Origin: Candidatus Latescibacterota bacterium
GTDB taxonomy: Bacteria > Latescibacterota > UBA2968
Assembly: GCA_965204745.1 (NCBI GenBank)
Contig: OZ242010.1
Span: forward strand, 4,192,001-4,256,000
Length of the DNA: 64,000 bases
Direction: 5' to 3'
Positions 1 to 9,732 of this stretch are shown here, in pieces. How positions within the stretch are numbered: the stretch's first letter is position 1; each line of letters opens with the position of its first letter. The notes below the pieces were generated by a model that saw only the letters and a list, made by a program, of their open reading frames with translations, was not told where the DNA came from and searched no databases. A program made the position numbers and the translations under genes.

Positions 1-425
1 TCGTCGTTAATGCCCATCACCACCGTGGGCAAATCCCCTTTGGCGGGCGCGGAAATGATCGCCTTTTCGGCGCCATTTTCCCCCAGATGGGCCTGCGCGG
101 CCTCCTTGTCCGTGAAAAAGCCCGTGGATTCGACCACCACCTCCACGCCCAAGGCGCGCCAGGGCAACTGGCCGGGATCGCGTTCAGACAACACCGCCAC
201 GGCTTTGCCATCCACCACGAGCGCGTCGTGCCCTTCGCCCGTGCGATGCGCCACTTGCCCGGGATACCGCCCGTGCGTGGAATCGTATTTGAGCAAATGC
301 GCCAAACTCGCGGCATCGGTCAAGTCATTGACCGCCACCACATCTACGCCCCGGGCCATTGCCGCGCGAAACACCAACCGCCCAATCCGTCCAAATCCGT
401 TGATCCCCACTTTCAGTTCCGCCAT
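1..425 (-). CDS. gap: Type I glyceraldehyde-3-phosphate dehydrogenase, 5' part (runs off the window edge)
   Basis: Manual minus-strand translation from the ATG at 425 gives [20 protein letters not shown]...LLKYDSTHG...VVESTGFF...IISAP. Confidence 0.95.
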   Translation of the reverse strand, partial: MAELKVGINGFGRIGRLVFRAAMARGVDVVAVNDLTDAASLAHLLKYDSTHGRYPGQVAHRTGEGHDALVVDGKAVAVLSERDPGQLPWRALGVEVVVESTGFFTDKEAAQAHLGENGAEKAIISAPAKGDLPTVVMGIND

Positions 426-440
426 AATTTCCTCCAGATC

Positions 441-1481
441 TCATCCAAAAAACACTTTGGCGATGTCGTAAAGCCCCATATCCACGGTACGCAATTTCGA
501 CACGGCCTCTTTCAAATCAATCGCGATGATGTTTTGACCGCGCAATGCGACCATCTTGCCAAAATTGCCCTCGCCTATCAGGTCGATGGCCGCAATCCCA
601 AATCGCGTGCTCAATACGCGATCATAAGCCGAGGGGCTGCCCCCGCGCTGGATATGGCCCAACACGGTTGCGCGGCTTTCATAGCTGGTTCGCCGCTCGA
701 TTTCATCGCTCAACAAATTGCCAATGCCGCCTAGACGCACATGCCCAAAAGCGTCTTTTTCGCCGGACTGCAACACCATGCTGTCGTCTTCGAGCTTCGC
801 GCCTTCGGCCACCACCACGATGCTAAATGTCTTGCCGCGCGCGTGGCGTTTGCGGATGGTATCGCACACGTCGTCCAGATCAAACGGCACTTCCGGGATC
901 AAGATCACGTCCGCGCCCCCTGCGATACCCGATTCCACGGCGATCCACCCGGCGTGGCGCCCCATAACTTCTACGACCATCACGCGGTTGTGCGATTCCG
1001 CGGTGGTGTGCAGGCGGTCTATGGCTTCCATCACGATATTGATGGCCGTGTCAAACCCAAAGGTCTGATCCGTGCCATCCAAATCATTGTCAATCGTCTT
1101 GGGCACGCCGACCACCTTGATGCCCTCTGCGCTGAGGCGATAGGCCACGCCGAGCGTATCGTCGCCCCCAATCGCGATCAGCGCGTCCAAGCCCATTTTC
1201 CTCATGCCATCTCGAATGAGCGCGCCGCCGTCTGCCCCGTCTTGATACGGATTGGTTCGCGACGATCCCAAAATCGTGCCCCCGCGCGGTAAAATCCCCG
1301 AGACAGTGTCCAAAGTGAGCGGCTGCGACCTCCCTTCGAACATCCCCTTCCAGCCTTCCAACACCCCGATCATTTCGTAATCGTAAGTTGCAATGCCCTT
1401 GCGAACGATGGCGCGGATCACCGCGTTCAACCCCGGGCAATCGCCGCCGCCGGTCAGGATACCAACGCATTTTATACCCAT
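441..1481 (-). CDS. pfkA: 6-phosphofructokinase
   Basis: Motifs GILTGGGDCPGLNAVIR, GGTILGSSR, PKTIDND, EVMGRHAG, LGHIQRGG; ATG at 1481 with a GGAGA RBS. Confidence 0.95.
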   Translation of the reverse strand: MGIKCVGILTGGGDCPGLNAVIRAIVRKGIATYDYEMIGVLEGWKGMFEGRSQPLTLDTVSGILPRGGTILGSSRTNPYQDGADGGALIRDGMRKMGLDALIAIGGDDTLGVAYRLSAEGIKVVGVPKTIDNDLDGTDQTFGFDTAINIVMEAIDRLHTTAESHNRVMVVEVMGRHAGWIAVESGIAGGADVILIPEVPFDLDDVCDTIRKRHARGKTFSIVVVAEGAKLEDDSMVLQSGEKDAFGHVRLGGIGNLLSDEIERRTSYESRATVLGHIQRGGSPSAYDRVLSTRFGIAAIDLIGEGNFGKMVALRGQNIIAIDLKEAVSKLRTVDMGLYDIAKVFFG

Positions 1482-1539
1482 GAAATCTCCTTTGCAAAAT
1501 CTCAAAATAAACGCTCTCGTGCGATTTTCAAAGGCTTCA

Positions 1540-1568
1540 AGTGTATAAAATTGTGGCATCCATGTCAA
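1540..1568 (-). promoter_or_regulatory. Sigma70-type promoter for pfkA-gap
   Basis: TTGACA-17 nt-TACACT on the minus strand. Confidence 0.65.
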
Positions 1569-1782
1569 GCCTGCCGTGAGGGAATCGGTGAATCGAGATA
1601 CGACTGCGATAGCAGTTCATCGACGAATCAGCGAATCGGCAGAACCGGGGCCAACTGACCGTTTTTCAAGCCAAGTCACCACAGGCATCGCCCTACATTT
1701 CTATCCTCGTCTCTTACCGCTTACCTCTCGCGTCTGCCCTCTTGTTGGGCGGTCGGACGAACGGGTGGGGACTGACCTCTGC

Positions 1783-1890
1783 TTCCATCTTCGGGCACGC
1801 ACACGGCGGGGCTGGGGAGCGGCGGGGATCGCACGGGTGGCTGGGCGGAGCGGATGGGCACGCACCCGGCAGGGCGCGGTGGCGGGGTTG
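1783..1890. repeat. GC-rich dispersed composite repeat (GCACGG..GGGGATCGCAC..GGGCGG); relatives at ~7075-7275, ~12965-13100 and ~13880-14020
   Basis: Shared degenerate motifs in four intergenic regions. Confidence 0.55.
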
Positions 1891-1919
1891 TCTCCCCTCT
1901 CCCCTCTTGTATCTTGGAA

Positions 1920-2100
1920 GTAAGGGTTAATTAGGAGTTGCGCCCTCGTATCGAGATAAGCCATCTTGATGCCCGGCTCGGGGAAGGCCGGCCCCTCTTG
2001 AAGGCGATGACCTTGTAGGTAAGATAGGCCCCCCGACCGCCGGGTCTATGCCGAAGAGTATCTAAGCCCCTTGAGGCTGCATATACAAGACCGGTAGACT
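1920..2100 (+). ncRNA. IS110 bridge RNA (target-binding loop 1979-2035, donor-binding loop 2044-2099); ends approximate
   Basis: Two stem/internal-loop/hairpin modules. Their loop strands match the reconstructed target (CCCCTCT at 1992-1998; AGGTAAG at 2017-2023) and donor (AGAGTATCT at 2055-2063; ATACAAG at 2083-2089). Confidence 0.88.
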
Positions 2101-2174
2101 TGGCGTCAATGGTCGGGACGCGACCCCGAGCGCGCACCAGATCCCTTACAACCCCCTCATCACAGGAGGCCCCC

Positions 2175-3182
2175 ATGTCGAAATCTCACCCCGCTTTTGC
2201 CGGCATTGATGTCAGTGCCCGCACGTTGTCCGTTGCCCTGTCCAGACCCGGACAAGCTGTCATGCAAGCGACCTTTGCCAATGATCCCCAAGCGCATAAG
2301 CGGTTGCTGAAGTGGCTCACGAAGGGCGGGCACATGGTCTCTGTGTGCCTCGAAGCGACCGGGCTTTACAGTTTGGGGGTGGCCTTGGCCTTGCATCGGC
2401 ATCGCCACACAAAGGTCATGGTCGTCAATCCCAAAGCGATGAGCAAGTACGCCCAAGCCTGCATGCAACGGGCGAAGACGGATGCGAAGGATGCGTTGTT
2501 GATCCTCGACTATGCCGAGCGCATGCCTTTTGTGCCTTGGCAAGCGCCGAGCGAGCAACGGCTTCAACTGCAAGCCCTCACCAGACGCATTGACCAACTC
2601 AAGCAGGAGATCATCCGCGAACAGAGCCGCAACCACGCGCAGAGCTACCACATCCGCAGCACACGTCTCATCGCACGCGATATTCAGGTGAATATTCGAC
2701 ACTTCAAACGCCGGATTGCATACTTGGAAAGCCAAGCCCTCGATCTCGTTTTGCACGATGAGCCCCTCAAGCGTGCCTACCAACGCCTCTGCTCGACGCC
2801 TGGCATCGCGCAAACGAGTGCCTTGCGGCTCTTGGCCGAGTTGACCCTTTTGCCAGAGGAGATGCAACCGCCCCAGTGGGTCGCACATGCAGGCCTGGAT
2901 CCCAAACCCAAACAATCCGGAACCGCCAATCCACAAAGACGCATCTCGAAAACCGGGAATAAGTACCTCCGCCATGCCCTCTATATGCCTGCCTGGGTGG
3001 CCATCAGACACGAAGGCCATGTCAAAGCCTTCTATGACCAACTCATCGCCCGCGGCAAGAAACCTTTGCAGGCTATCGTTGCGGTGATGCGAAAGTTGCT
3101 CCATTCGATCTGGGGCATGTTGCGCCATGACCAAGATTTTGAGGGCGAAAAATTCTATCGAATCACCCCGAAAACCCCTTGA
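2175..3182 (+). CDS. IS110 family DEDD transposase/bridge recombinase
   Basis: Motifs GIDVS, CLEATG, KTDAKDA, PGI, AGLDP..QSG, GNKYLR..LY, A.VAVMRKL; AGGAGG RBS before the ATG at 2175. Confidence 0.95.
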   Translation: MSKSHPAFAGIDVSARTLSVALSRPGQAVMQATFANDPQAHKRLLKWLTKGGHMVSVCLEATGLYSLGVALALHRHRHTKVMVVNPKAMSKYAQACMQRAKTDAKDALLILDYAERMPFVPWQAPSEQRLQLQALTRRIDQLKQEIIREQSRNHAQSYHIRSTRLIARDIQVNIRHFKRRIAYLESQALDLVLHDEPLKRAYQRLCSTPGIAQTSALRLLAELTLLPEEMQPPQWVAHAGLDPKPKQSGTANPQRRISKTGNKYLRHALYMPAWVAIRHEGHVKAFYDQLIARGKKPLQAIVAVMRKLLHSIWGMLRHDQDFEGEKFYRITPKTP

Positions 3183-3242
3183 CCTTTTAAGAGAGTATCT
3201 TACCTCTTACCGAAAGGCGGGGCGGAGAGGCGAGGAACTGAA

Positions 3243-5528
3243 TCATATTCCAAATCCCCCCCTGCGGTGCTCGATTTTTATCTGCGGAATGTCTTTGATA
3301 TTGAGCTTAAAAAAGAAGCCCTTGTTGAAGCCCGTGGGGTACCACGAAAATCGGGCTTCCCAGCAGTGGAGGTCGCGGTACAGGGAGAGGCTTTGCGCCG
3401 AGAGGTTGGCATCGGGCAAAATCTCCACATTGACCGCATAGTCTATCCGCAACATTTGAAGGGGATTGACGCCCAAATCCGCTTTGACCCACGAGGTTTT
3501 GCTCGATGTTGTGCCGAATCGCCGCATGGCAATGTAGTGCGAGAGGTTGAATCGCCACGGCCCGGTGCCGGAAAAATCGCTGTACAAATCGCGTTCAAAG
3601 CCAAAATCCGCATCCGAGTAATCGCGGGAGGTCGAAGAATGAGACGGTTGCGTGCGCGGATCAGCGTGACCGCCGGCAAAGCGAAAATTGGAGGTGACGG
3701 TGAGGTTTTGCAAGCGCGGGTGCAAGAGGGACCTGGCGCCCGCATCGTCGTAGAGCCTGTGCGTCATGGCAATGCGAACATCCACGCGGGAGTCCGGTTT
3801 GAGGGATGCGCGGGTGCGGAGGGAACGCCATTTTTGCGCGGGCGCGTCAAAATCGTAGCCGGTAGCTATGTTGAGCGTGGCCAGGGTAAAGCGATGAAAG
3901 TCGTCGCCGCGTTGGGTTTTGAGTTCGAGCGTATTGCCGATAGACAAGTTGACGCTGCGCCTGGCGTCATGCCACTTGCGATTGCCCCCAAAGCCAAACG
4001 CGCCGCCAAAGATGCTACCGGTCTGGCTGTAATTGAAATTGATCTGGGGGTGTAACCGATGCCGAATGCCGCGCAAGCGTCCGAGGCGCGGTTGGAAAAT
4101 GCCGTACAATGTCGTACCCGTTGCGATAGCCGCGCTGTAAGACGTGCGCCGCGTGGTCGAATCCGCGTCGCTGCGTATCAATTCCTCGCTGAGATTCAAA
4201 CTCGGCGTGAGGTCGAGCCAGCCCATGGGCCGGTGCTGGCTGTTGACCGTGAGGAGGTTTTGCAGGGAAACGCGCGCGGTATTGGACGTCGGATCTGGGT
4301 TGCGCGTGAAGTTGTTGCCCAGGTTGCTCGAAAATCCGTAGTAAAAAGCGCGATACCACGGGCCTGTGGCAGAGTCCTCGCCGCCAAAGATGCGGCGTCT
4401 GGGTTGTCGAAAACCGATGCGGGGAAAGCCCTGAAAGCTGTTGGTCTTTTTGTTCAAATCTCGGTAGTAAGTCAGGCTACCGTCGATGCTGCGCCCGGAT
4501 TCGGGCCAGCGTTTGTCAAACGACAAACTGGAGCGCAGTTGCTGGTTGAGATAGCGATACAAATTGTCGCTGTTGCGGCGGTCAAAGCTGGTGCTGGTGG
4601 AAAATTGCCCGCGCCCTCGGATGTTGGTCGTGGCATTGAGGCGGTGCTGGTGTTGCAGGTTGACGCGCCAGTCGTGGGCCGTGCCGGTCGTTGAGGTGTT
4701 GCGGTCGTAGCCGAGATCCACCGCGCCGCTGAACCTGTTTCGCACTGCGTACGCGCCCCGGGATTCGAGCAAGAAGCCTCCGCGCTCTCGAAACGTGCCC
4801 TTCACAGTGGCATCCCAATAGTCACTCGACGCGAAATAGTACCCGAGATTGCGGACGAAAATCCCATCCCGGCTGTTGTTGCCCACCCCCGGCGTGAGCA
4901 AGCCGGATTGCCGCCCTTGCTTGACCGGAAAAACGAAAAAGGGCACCCAGAAGACCGGGACAGGCCCAATGCGGAAGGTGACGGAGCGACCGATGGCTTT
5001 GTCATTTTGCAAAATGCGTACATTCTTGCACGAGAAGTCGTAGTGGACGTGATCGCGGTCGCAGGTGCTCAATGAGAGGTCATACGCATTGAGGGCGTCT
5101 TGGCCTTCGAGCGCGATTTGGGCGCCGCGGTAGTATTTTCGCTGGTGGGATGCGCGCCCGGTTCGCACGCGCCCGCGTTCCGTGTCGAGGTTGTAGCGCA
5201 TGTACGCGCCTGAGATGCGTTCCGCGCCGCGAGTGAATTGGGGCAGGCCCAGGGTTTTTGCCCCTGTGGAATCGGGCAGGGCGCGCGCCGTGACCGTGCG
5301 GGTATTTTGATCGTAGGTGATGTGCCCGGCTTTGAGCGCGATATTGCGGTAGCGCAAGGTGGCATTGCCCACGAGTTCCACCTGCTCGTCCCGCACGCGA
5401 TAGACGACCTCATCCGCGTCAAACGCGATGGAATCCCCCGGCGCGTTTTCCGGCACTTGCCCCCATCCCTGCGTGGCGCATAAGACCCATAGCGCGACGA
5501 GGCATAATTTTTTTTTTCCCATCGTCAT
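3243..5528 (-). CDS. lptD: LPS-assembly protein LptD-like outer-membrane beta-barrel
   Basis: Signal peptide, OstA-like N-terminus, STCD and RQSGLLTP motifs, RDLHCWE C-terminal motif. Confidence 0.8.
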   Translation of the reverse strand: MTMGKKKLCLVALWVLCATQGWGQVPENAPGDSIAFDADEVVYRVRDEQVELVGNATLRYRNIALKAGHITYDQNTRTVTARALPDSTGAKTLGLPQFTRGAERISGAYMRYNLDTERGRVRTGRASHQRKYYRGAQIALEGQDALNAYDLSLSTCDRDHVHYDFSCKNVRILQNDKAIGRSVTFRIGPVPVFWVPFFVFPVKQGRQSGLLTPGVGNNSRDGIFVRNLGYYFASSDYWDATVKGTFRERGGFLLESRGAYAVRNRFSGAVDLGYDRNTSTTGTAHDWRVNLQHQHRLNATTNIRGRGQFSTSTSFDRRNSDNLYRYLNQQLRSSLSFDKRWPESGRSIDGSLTYYRDLNKKTNSFQGFPRIGFRQPRRRIFGGEDSATGPWYRAFYYGFSSNLGNNFTRNPDPTSNTARVSLQNLLTVNSQHRPMGWLDLTPSLNLSEELIRSDADSTTRRTSYSAAIATGTTLYGIFQPRLGRLRGIRHRLHPQINFNYSQTGSIFGGAFGFGGNRKWHDARRSVNLSIGNTLELKTQRGDDFHRFTLATLNIATGYDFDAPAQKWRSLRTRASLKPDSRVDVRIAMTHRLYDDAGARSLLHPRLQNLTVTSNFRFAGGHADPRTQPSHSSTSRDYSDADFGFERDLYSDFSGTGPWRFNLSHYIAMRRFGTTSSKTSWVKADLGVNPLQMLRIDYAVNVEILPDANLSAQSLSLYRDLHCWEARFSWYPTGFNKGFFFKLNIKDIPQIKIEHRRGGFGI

Positions 5529-5658
5529 AAGCTCGAGACCTGCACCCCGTTCATTGTAGGGAGGGATACGAAGAAATCGCGTTGACTTTTATGGCGAAAT
5601 TTGGTCTTATTATATACCAAAACTTGGACAAATTGCGTATTTTATGACTTTGCTATGG

Positions 5659-5745
5659 GCGGACGTGGTGGAATTGGAAGACACGCCAGATTTAGGATCT
5701 GGTGGGCACAAGCCCGTGGGGGTTCGAATCCCCCCGTCCGCACCA
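5659..5745 (+). tRNA. tRNA-Leu (TAG)
   Basis: GCGGACG/CGTCCGC acceptor stem, anticodon arm CCAGA-TTTAGGA-TCTGG, long variable arm, GGTTCGAATCC, encoded CCA. Confidence 0.95.
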
Positions 5746-5770
5746 ACATTCAATGGAAAGCGAGGAATAG

Positions 5771-7033
5771 GTGGTCGCATTTTTAAGCGAAGATCGCGTG
5801 CGTGCGATTCGGGCGCGGTTTGGGTCGCCGGTGTACGTGTACGACCAGCACACGCTCGAAGCGCAGGCCGATGCCGTGTTGCACTTTCCCAATGCGTTCG
5901 GCCTGACCGCGCGCTACGCGATGAAGGCATTGCCCAACAAAGCCGTGATTCGCATTTTGACGCAAAAGGGCTTGCACCTCGACGCGAGCAGCGGGTACGA
6001 AGCCGAGCGCGCCATGCGGGCCGGCGTGCCGGGGCCTCACATCATGCTCACGGCCCAAGAGATGCCGGAAAATGTCGCGCACTTGATCGAGCAAGGCGTG
6101 ATTTTTAATGCGTGTTCGCTGAATCAGTTGCGAGAATTTGGGGACATGTTTCCCGGGCGGTCCCTTTCCGTCCGCATCAACCCGGGCATCGGCTCTGGGC
6201 ACAGCAACCGCACTAATGTGGGCGGGCCTGCGTCGAGTTTTGGGATTTGGCATGCGTACATTCCCGACGTGCATCAACTATGCAACCAGCGCGGGTTGAC
6301 CATCGCCGCCGTGCATACGCATATCGGGTCGGGCAGCGATCCCGAGGTGTGGGAACGGGTGGCGTTGATGGCATTGGACATTTGCACCGGCTTTGAACAC
6401 GCGACTACCTTGAGCCTGGGCGGCGGGTACAAGGTCGGGCGCGTGCCGGGAGAGGCATCCACGGATTTGCAGGTCATTGGCCGGCATGTGGCCGAGGCGT
6501 TTGAAATGACCGCGGGCAAGACGGGGCGGCAGTTGCATCTGGAGGTGGAACCCGGCACGTATCTCGTCGCCAATGCCGGGGCCATCGTGGCAACCGCGAT
6601 TGATGTGGTGGATACGGGCGCGCACGGGTACCGCTTTATCAAGACCGATACCGGCATGACCGAGGTCATTCGACCGAGCATGTACGGCGCGCAGCATCCC
6701 ATCCATGTCGTGCCTGCCCGAGCCGAGGCGCGCGGAGTTGGCGAGTACATCGTGGTGGGGCACTGTTGCGAAAGCGGCGATGTGCTGACGCCCGCGCCCG
6801 GCGATCCAGAGGCGTTGTCGCCGCGTCAACTCGCCCAGGCAAAGGTGGGCGATGCCGTGGTCATCGGCGGCGCAGGCGCGTATTGCGCGGGCATGTCGTC
6901 CAAAAATTACAATTCCTTTCCAGAAGCGGCCGAGGTGTTGATAGGCAATGATGGCGATTTGCACCTGATTCGCAAGCAACAGACATTGGATCAAATTTTG
7001 GCGAATGAGGTGTTGCCGGATTTTTTGCAATGA
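5771..7033 (+). CDS. lysA: Diaminopimelate decarboxylase
   Basis: YAMKA PLP lysine, HTHIGSG, LGGG, EPG.YL, GHCCESGD, GAYC. Confidence 0.9.
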   Translation: MVAFLSEDRVRAIRARFGSPVYVYDQHTLEAQADAVLHFPNAFGLTARYAMKALPNKAVIRILTQKGLHLDASSGYEAERAMRAGVPGPHIMLTAQEMPENVAHLIEQGVIFNACSLNQLREFGDMFPGRSLSVRINPGIGSGHSNRTNVGGPASSFGIWHAYIPDVHQLCNQRGLTIAAVHTHIGSGSDPEVWERVALMALDICTGFEHATTLSLGGGYKVGRVPGEASTDLQVIGRHVAEAFEMTAGKTGRQLHLEVEPGTYLVANAGAIVATAIDVVDTGAHGYRFIKTDTGMTEVIRPSMYGAQHPIHVVPARAEARGVGEYIVVGHCCESGDVLTPAPGDPEALSPRQLAQAKVGDAVVIGGAGAYCAGMSSKNYNSFPEAAEVLIGNDGDLHLIRKQQTLDQILANEVLPDFLQ

Positions 7034-7417
7034 CTTCTTTCGCCACCTCCTTCGGTGAGACGTAAGACGGGAGAAGTGAGAGGTGAGACAACCCCGCCAC
7101 CGCCCAAGGGCGATCCCCACCGCTCACCCTATCCGCCCGTGCGTGCCTCGCCTCGCCACCCATCCGCCCGTGTGATTCCCGCCGCTACCCCTGTCCTCCC
7201 GTGCGTGCCCTTCTTCTTCACTCCGCCCAAGTGCGATCCCCACCGCTCCACCCAGCCACCCGTGCGTGCCTGTCCGAAGCAGGGACTCGTTGAAGTGTCC
7301 CAGTTTCAAATTGGTATAAGTAATCCAGCGACTGAAACGGATCGCTTAGCCCATCGCTTCTTTTAACTTGTCCGTCCGCTGTAAATAGCTTATTTATAGT
7401 TTATATAGGAGGACAGC

Positions 7418-7861
7418 GTGAGAGCATTGATCCAGCGGGTTTGCAAGGCGACGGTGCGCGTTGAAGGGCGAACCGTCGGGCATATTGATCGCGGGCTTTT
7501 GATCTTGTTGGGCATTGACGTGGATGACAGTCCGCAAGCCCTGCACTACGTCGCGGAGAAATGCGTCCATCTGCGAATTTTTGAAGATGTGCAGGGCAAG
7601 ATGAACCTGTCCCTAATCGACACGGGTGGGCAGGCGTTGGTGGTCTCGCAATTCACGCTTTGCGCCGAAACCCGAAAGGGGCGGCGGCCCAGTTTTAATC
7701 GGGCCGCGCCGCCAGAGGTCGCCAACGCCATGTACGAGCAATTCGTCCAGCACTTGTGCGATTTGGGCATTTGCGCGGAAACCGGCGTTTTTGGCGCGTC
7801 TATGCAAGTCGAAATTCACAATGATGGCCCGGTGACCCTGATGATCGAGTCCGAGACATGA
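7418..7861 (+). CDS. dtd: D-aminoacyl-tRNA deacylase
   Basis: Motifs RALIQRV, SQFTL, NDGPVT. Confidence 0.95.
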   Translation: MRALIQRVCKATVRVEGRTVGHIDRGLLILLGIDVDDSPQALHYVAEKCVHLRIFEDVQGKMNLSLIDTGGQALVVSQFTLCAETRKGRRPSFNRAAPPEVANAMYEQFVQHLCDLGICAETGVFGASMQVEIHNDGPVTLMIESET

Positions 7862-8460
7862 AAAAACTCATTCTCGCTTCTGCTTCGCCTAGACGTGCAA
7901 ACCTGTTGCGCTTGTTGGACATGCCCTTTGAAATCGCGCCGAGCAATATCGACGAAACCCTCGACACCAGTTTTCCACCCGCGGATCATGTGCGGGAAAT
8001 CGCGCAGCGCAAAGCCCACGCTGTCGCCCCTCGGTTTGACCGCGCACTCGTTTTGGGCGCGGATACGGTCGTGGTGCTAGAAAACGCAATCCTCGGAAAA
8101 CCGCGCGACGCCAACCACGCCCGCGCCATGCTCGCGCAACTCTCGGGAAAAACCCATCGGGTCTATACGGGCATGGCCCTCGCGGATACGGAAACCGGGC
8201 GGACCCTTACCGAAGTCGCCATCACATCCGTCACTTTGCGCGCACTCTCGGCGCAAGACATTTCGCGCTATGTTGCCACAGGCGAATCCCTGGACAAGGC
8301 CGGCGCGTATGGGGCACAGGGCCGCGCATCCGCGTTTATTCAATCCGTGTGCGGTTGTTTTTACAATGTGGTGGGCCTGCCGCTCGCGCAATTCTGGACG
8401 CTTTATCACCGCTTGACCGGGCAATCGCCCTGGGCCGCCATCCCCGAAATCCCTTCATAA
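7858..8460 (+). CDS. maf: Maf family nucleotide pyrophosphatase
   Basis: Motifs LILASASPRR, GADTVV, DKAGAYG, NVVGLP. Confidence 0.95.
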   Translation: MKKLILASASPRRANLLRLLDMPFEIAPSNIDETLDTSFPPADHVREIAQRKAHAVAPRFDRALVLGADTVVVLENAILGKPRDANHARAMLAQLSGKTHRVYTGMALADTETGRTLTEVAITSVTLRALSAQDISRYVATGESLDKAGAYGAQGRASAFIQSVCGCFYNVVGLPLAQFWTLYHRLTGQSPWAAIPEIPS

Positions 8461-8469
8461 AATTTTGCC

Positions 8470-9714
8470 ATGGCCGATACAAAACGAGACATCGCCGAGT
8501 TGCTCAAAACGCAGCGCGAAAGTTTGGGTCTGAGCATTGACGAAATTTTCGAGCGCACGCGGATCGCGCCCGGGTTTTTGCAAGCATTTGAAGATGGCAA
8601 TTTCGACGTGTTGCCCCGCGCTTATGCGCGCCTGTTTCTCAAGACTTATGCGCGAGAACTCGGCCTCGACGCCCAAGACATCCTCACTCGTTTTGAAAAA
8701 ATTATCGCGACGCAACCCGCTCCTCCCCCGGTACAAGCCTCGCCAAAACACCGCTTGAACCTCCGACTATCCTCCCTCCTGCTGATCGCATGCGTGCTCA
8801 TCATGGCGGCGATCATTATCCTCAACCTCAGGCAAAAAACAGAACTCACGCCGCCGCTCGATCCAGCACCTTCGCAACCTCCGATTGCACAACCGCCCGC
8901 GGAGATACAACCCACACTGCAAGACAGCGCGCAACAACCAGACGATCCAACTTCGGCGTCGCTCGATACGTTGCAAATAACGCTACCCGAATCGGAAGCC
9001 AATGGGGTTGCGCCTCCATCCGAAAATCAAGAGACACCATCGCCCGCGCAAAGCGATACAATACAAATAACGCCATCCGAATCAGAAACCACGACGGCGT
9101 CTCAACCGGCAAATCAAGAGATGCCATCGCCCGTGCAAAGCGAAACAGGGCAACCAACGCCATCCGAATCAGAAGCGGACACGGCGGTAGCAAATCAAGA
9201 GATGCCATCGCCTGCACAAAGCGAAACAGGGCAACCAACGCCATCCGAATCAGAAACCACGGCGGCGTCTCAATCAGAGAATCAAGAGACACCATCGCCC
9301 GAATCGGAAAACGATGTAGGGGCGTCTCGATCAGAGGATCGAGACACGTCATCGCCCGGGCGCGAACCCGGGGGTTTGGGACCACCTGCGCCCGATGTGT
9401 TGACCACGTACAATCTGCCCCTCCCCGTCGTCATAGCCGATGGCGAGCGCATGATCCTTTCCTGCGTTGCTACCGAGAACACATCGCTATCCATCACTGC
9501 TGACGGGCGCGCTCTTTTTGAAGGTGTGTTGCCGGCCGGTAGCGCGCATCGTTGGCGGGCCAGCGATCACTTTCAGATCTATGTGCAGCGCGCCGGCGCG
9601 ATTTCGCTCTCCTTGCAGGACGCGCCCATCGAATCCGCCAGCCCACCTGACCGCAGCCTTCGCCTGAATATCTCGCGCACCTTTATTCGCGTTGAAGAAG
9701 TGGAAGAGAGGTGA
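8470..9714 (+). CDS. rodZ: RodZ-like protein (HTH, TM helix, low-complexity repeat linker, DUF4115-like C-terminus)
   Basis: N-terminal HTH (LKTQRESLGLS..LP.AYAR.FLKTYA..LGLD), single TM, repeated NQE.PSP.QSET units. Confidence 0.75.
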   Translation: MADTKRDIAELLKTQRESLGLSIDEIFERTRIAPGFLQAFEDGNFDVLPRAYARLFLKTYARELGLDAQDILTRFEKIIATQPAPPPVQASPKHRLNLRLSSLLLIACVLIMAAIIILNLRQKTELTPPLDPAPSQPPIAQPPAEIQPTLQDSAQQPDDPTSASLDTLQITLPESEANGVAPPSENQETPSPAQSDTIQITPSESETTTASQPANQEMPSPVQSETGQPTPSESEADTAVANQEMPSPAQSETGQPTPSESETTAASQSENQETPSPESENDVGASRSEDRDTSSPGREPGGLGPPAPDVLTTYNLPLPVVIADGERMILSCVATENTSLSITADGRALFEGVLPAGSAHRWRASDHFQIYVQRAGAISLSLQDAPIESASPPDRSLRLNISRTFIRVEEVEER

Positions 9715-9732
9715 GAGGCAGTTGTCAGTTGT

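Larger units (their letters stand above)
1906..3200 (+). mobile_element. IS110-family element, copy 1 (1295 bp counting both CT cores)
   Basis: Matches the inverted copy at 36638-37932. CT core at 1906-1907 and 3199-3200. No long TIR or TSD. Encodes a DEDD recombinase. Confidence 0.95.

Noticed and set aside
1909-1915. GTATCTT at both IS110 ends as a 7-bp target-site duplication
   Set aside because: The bridge RNA guides place the crossover at the CT at 1906-1907 and 3199-3200; GTATCTT recurs within the donor itself.
5745-5771. tRNA-targeted integrative element at tRNA-Leu or tRNA-Ala
   Set aside because: No duplicated tRNA 3' end or integrase was seen, and ordinary genes follow directly.
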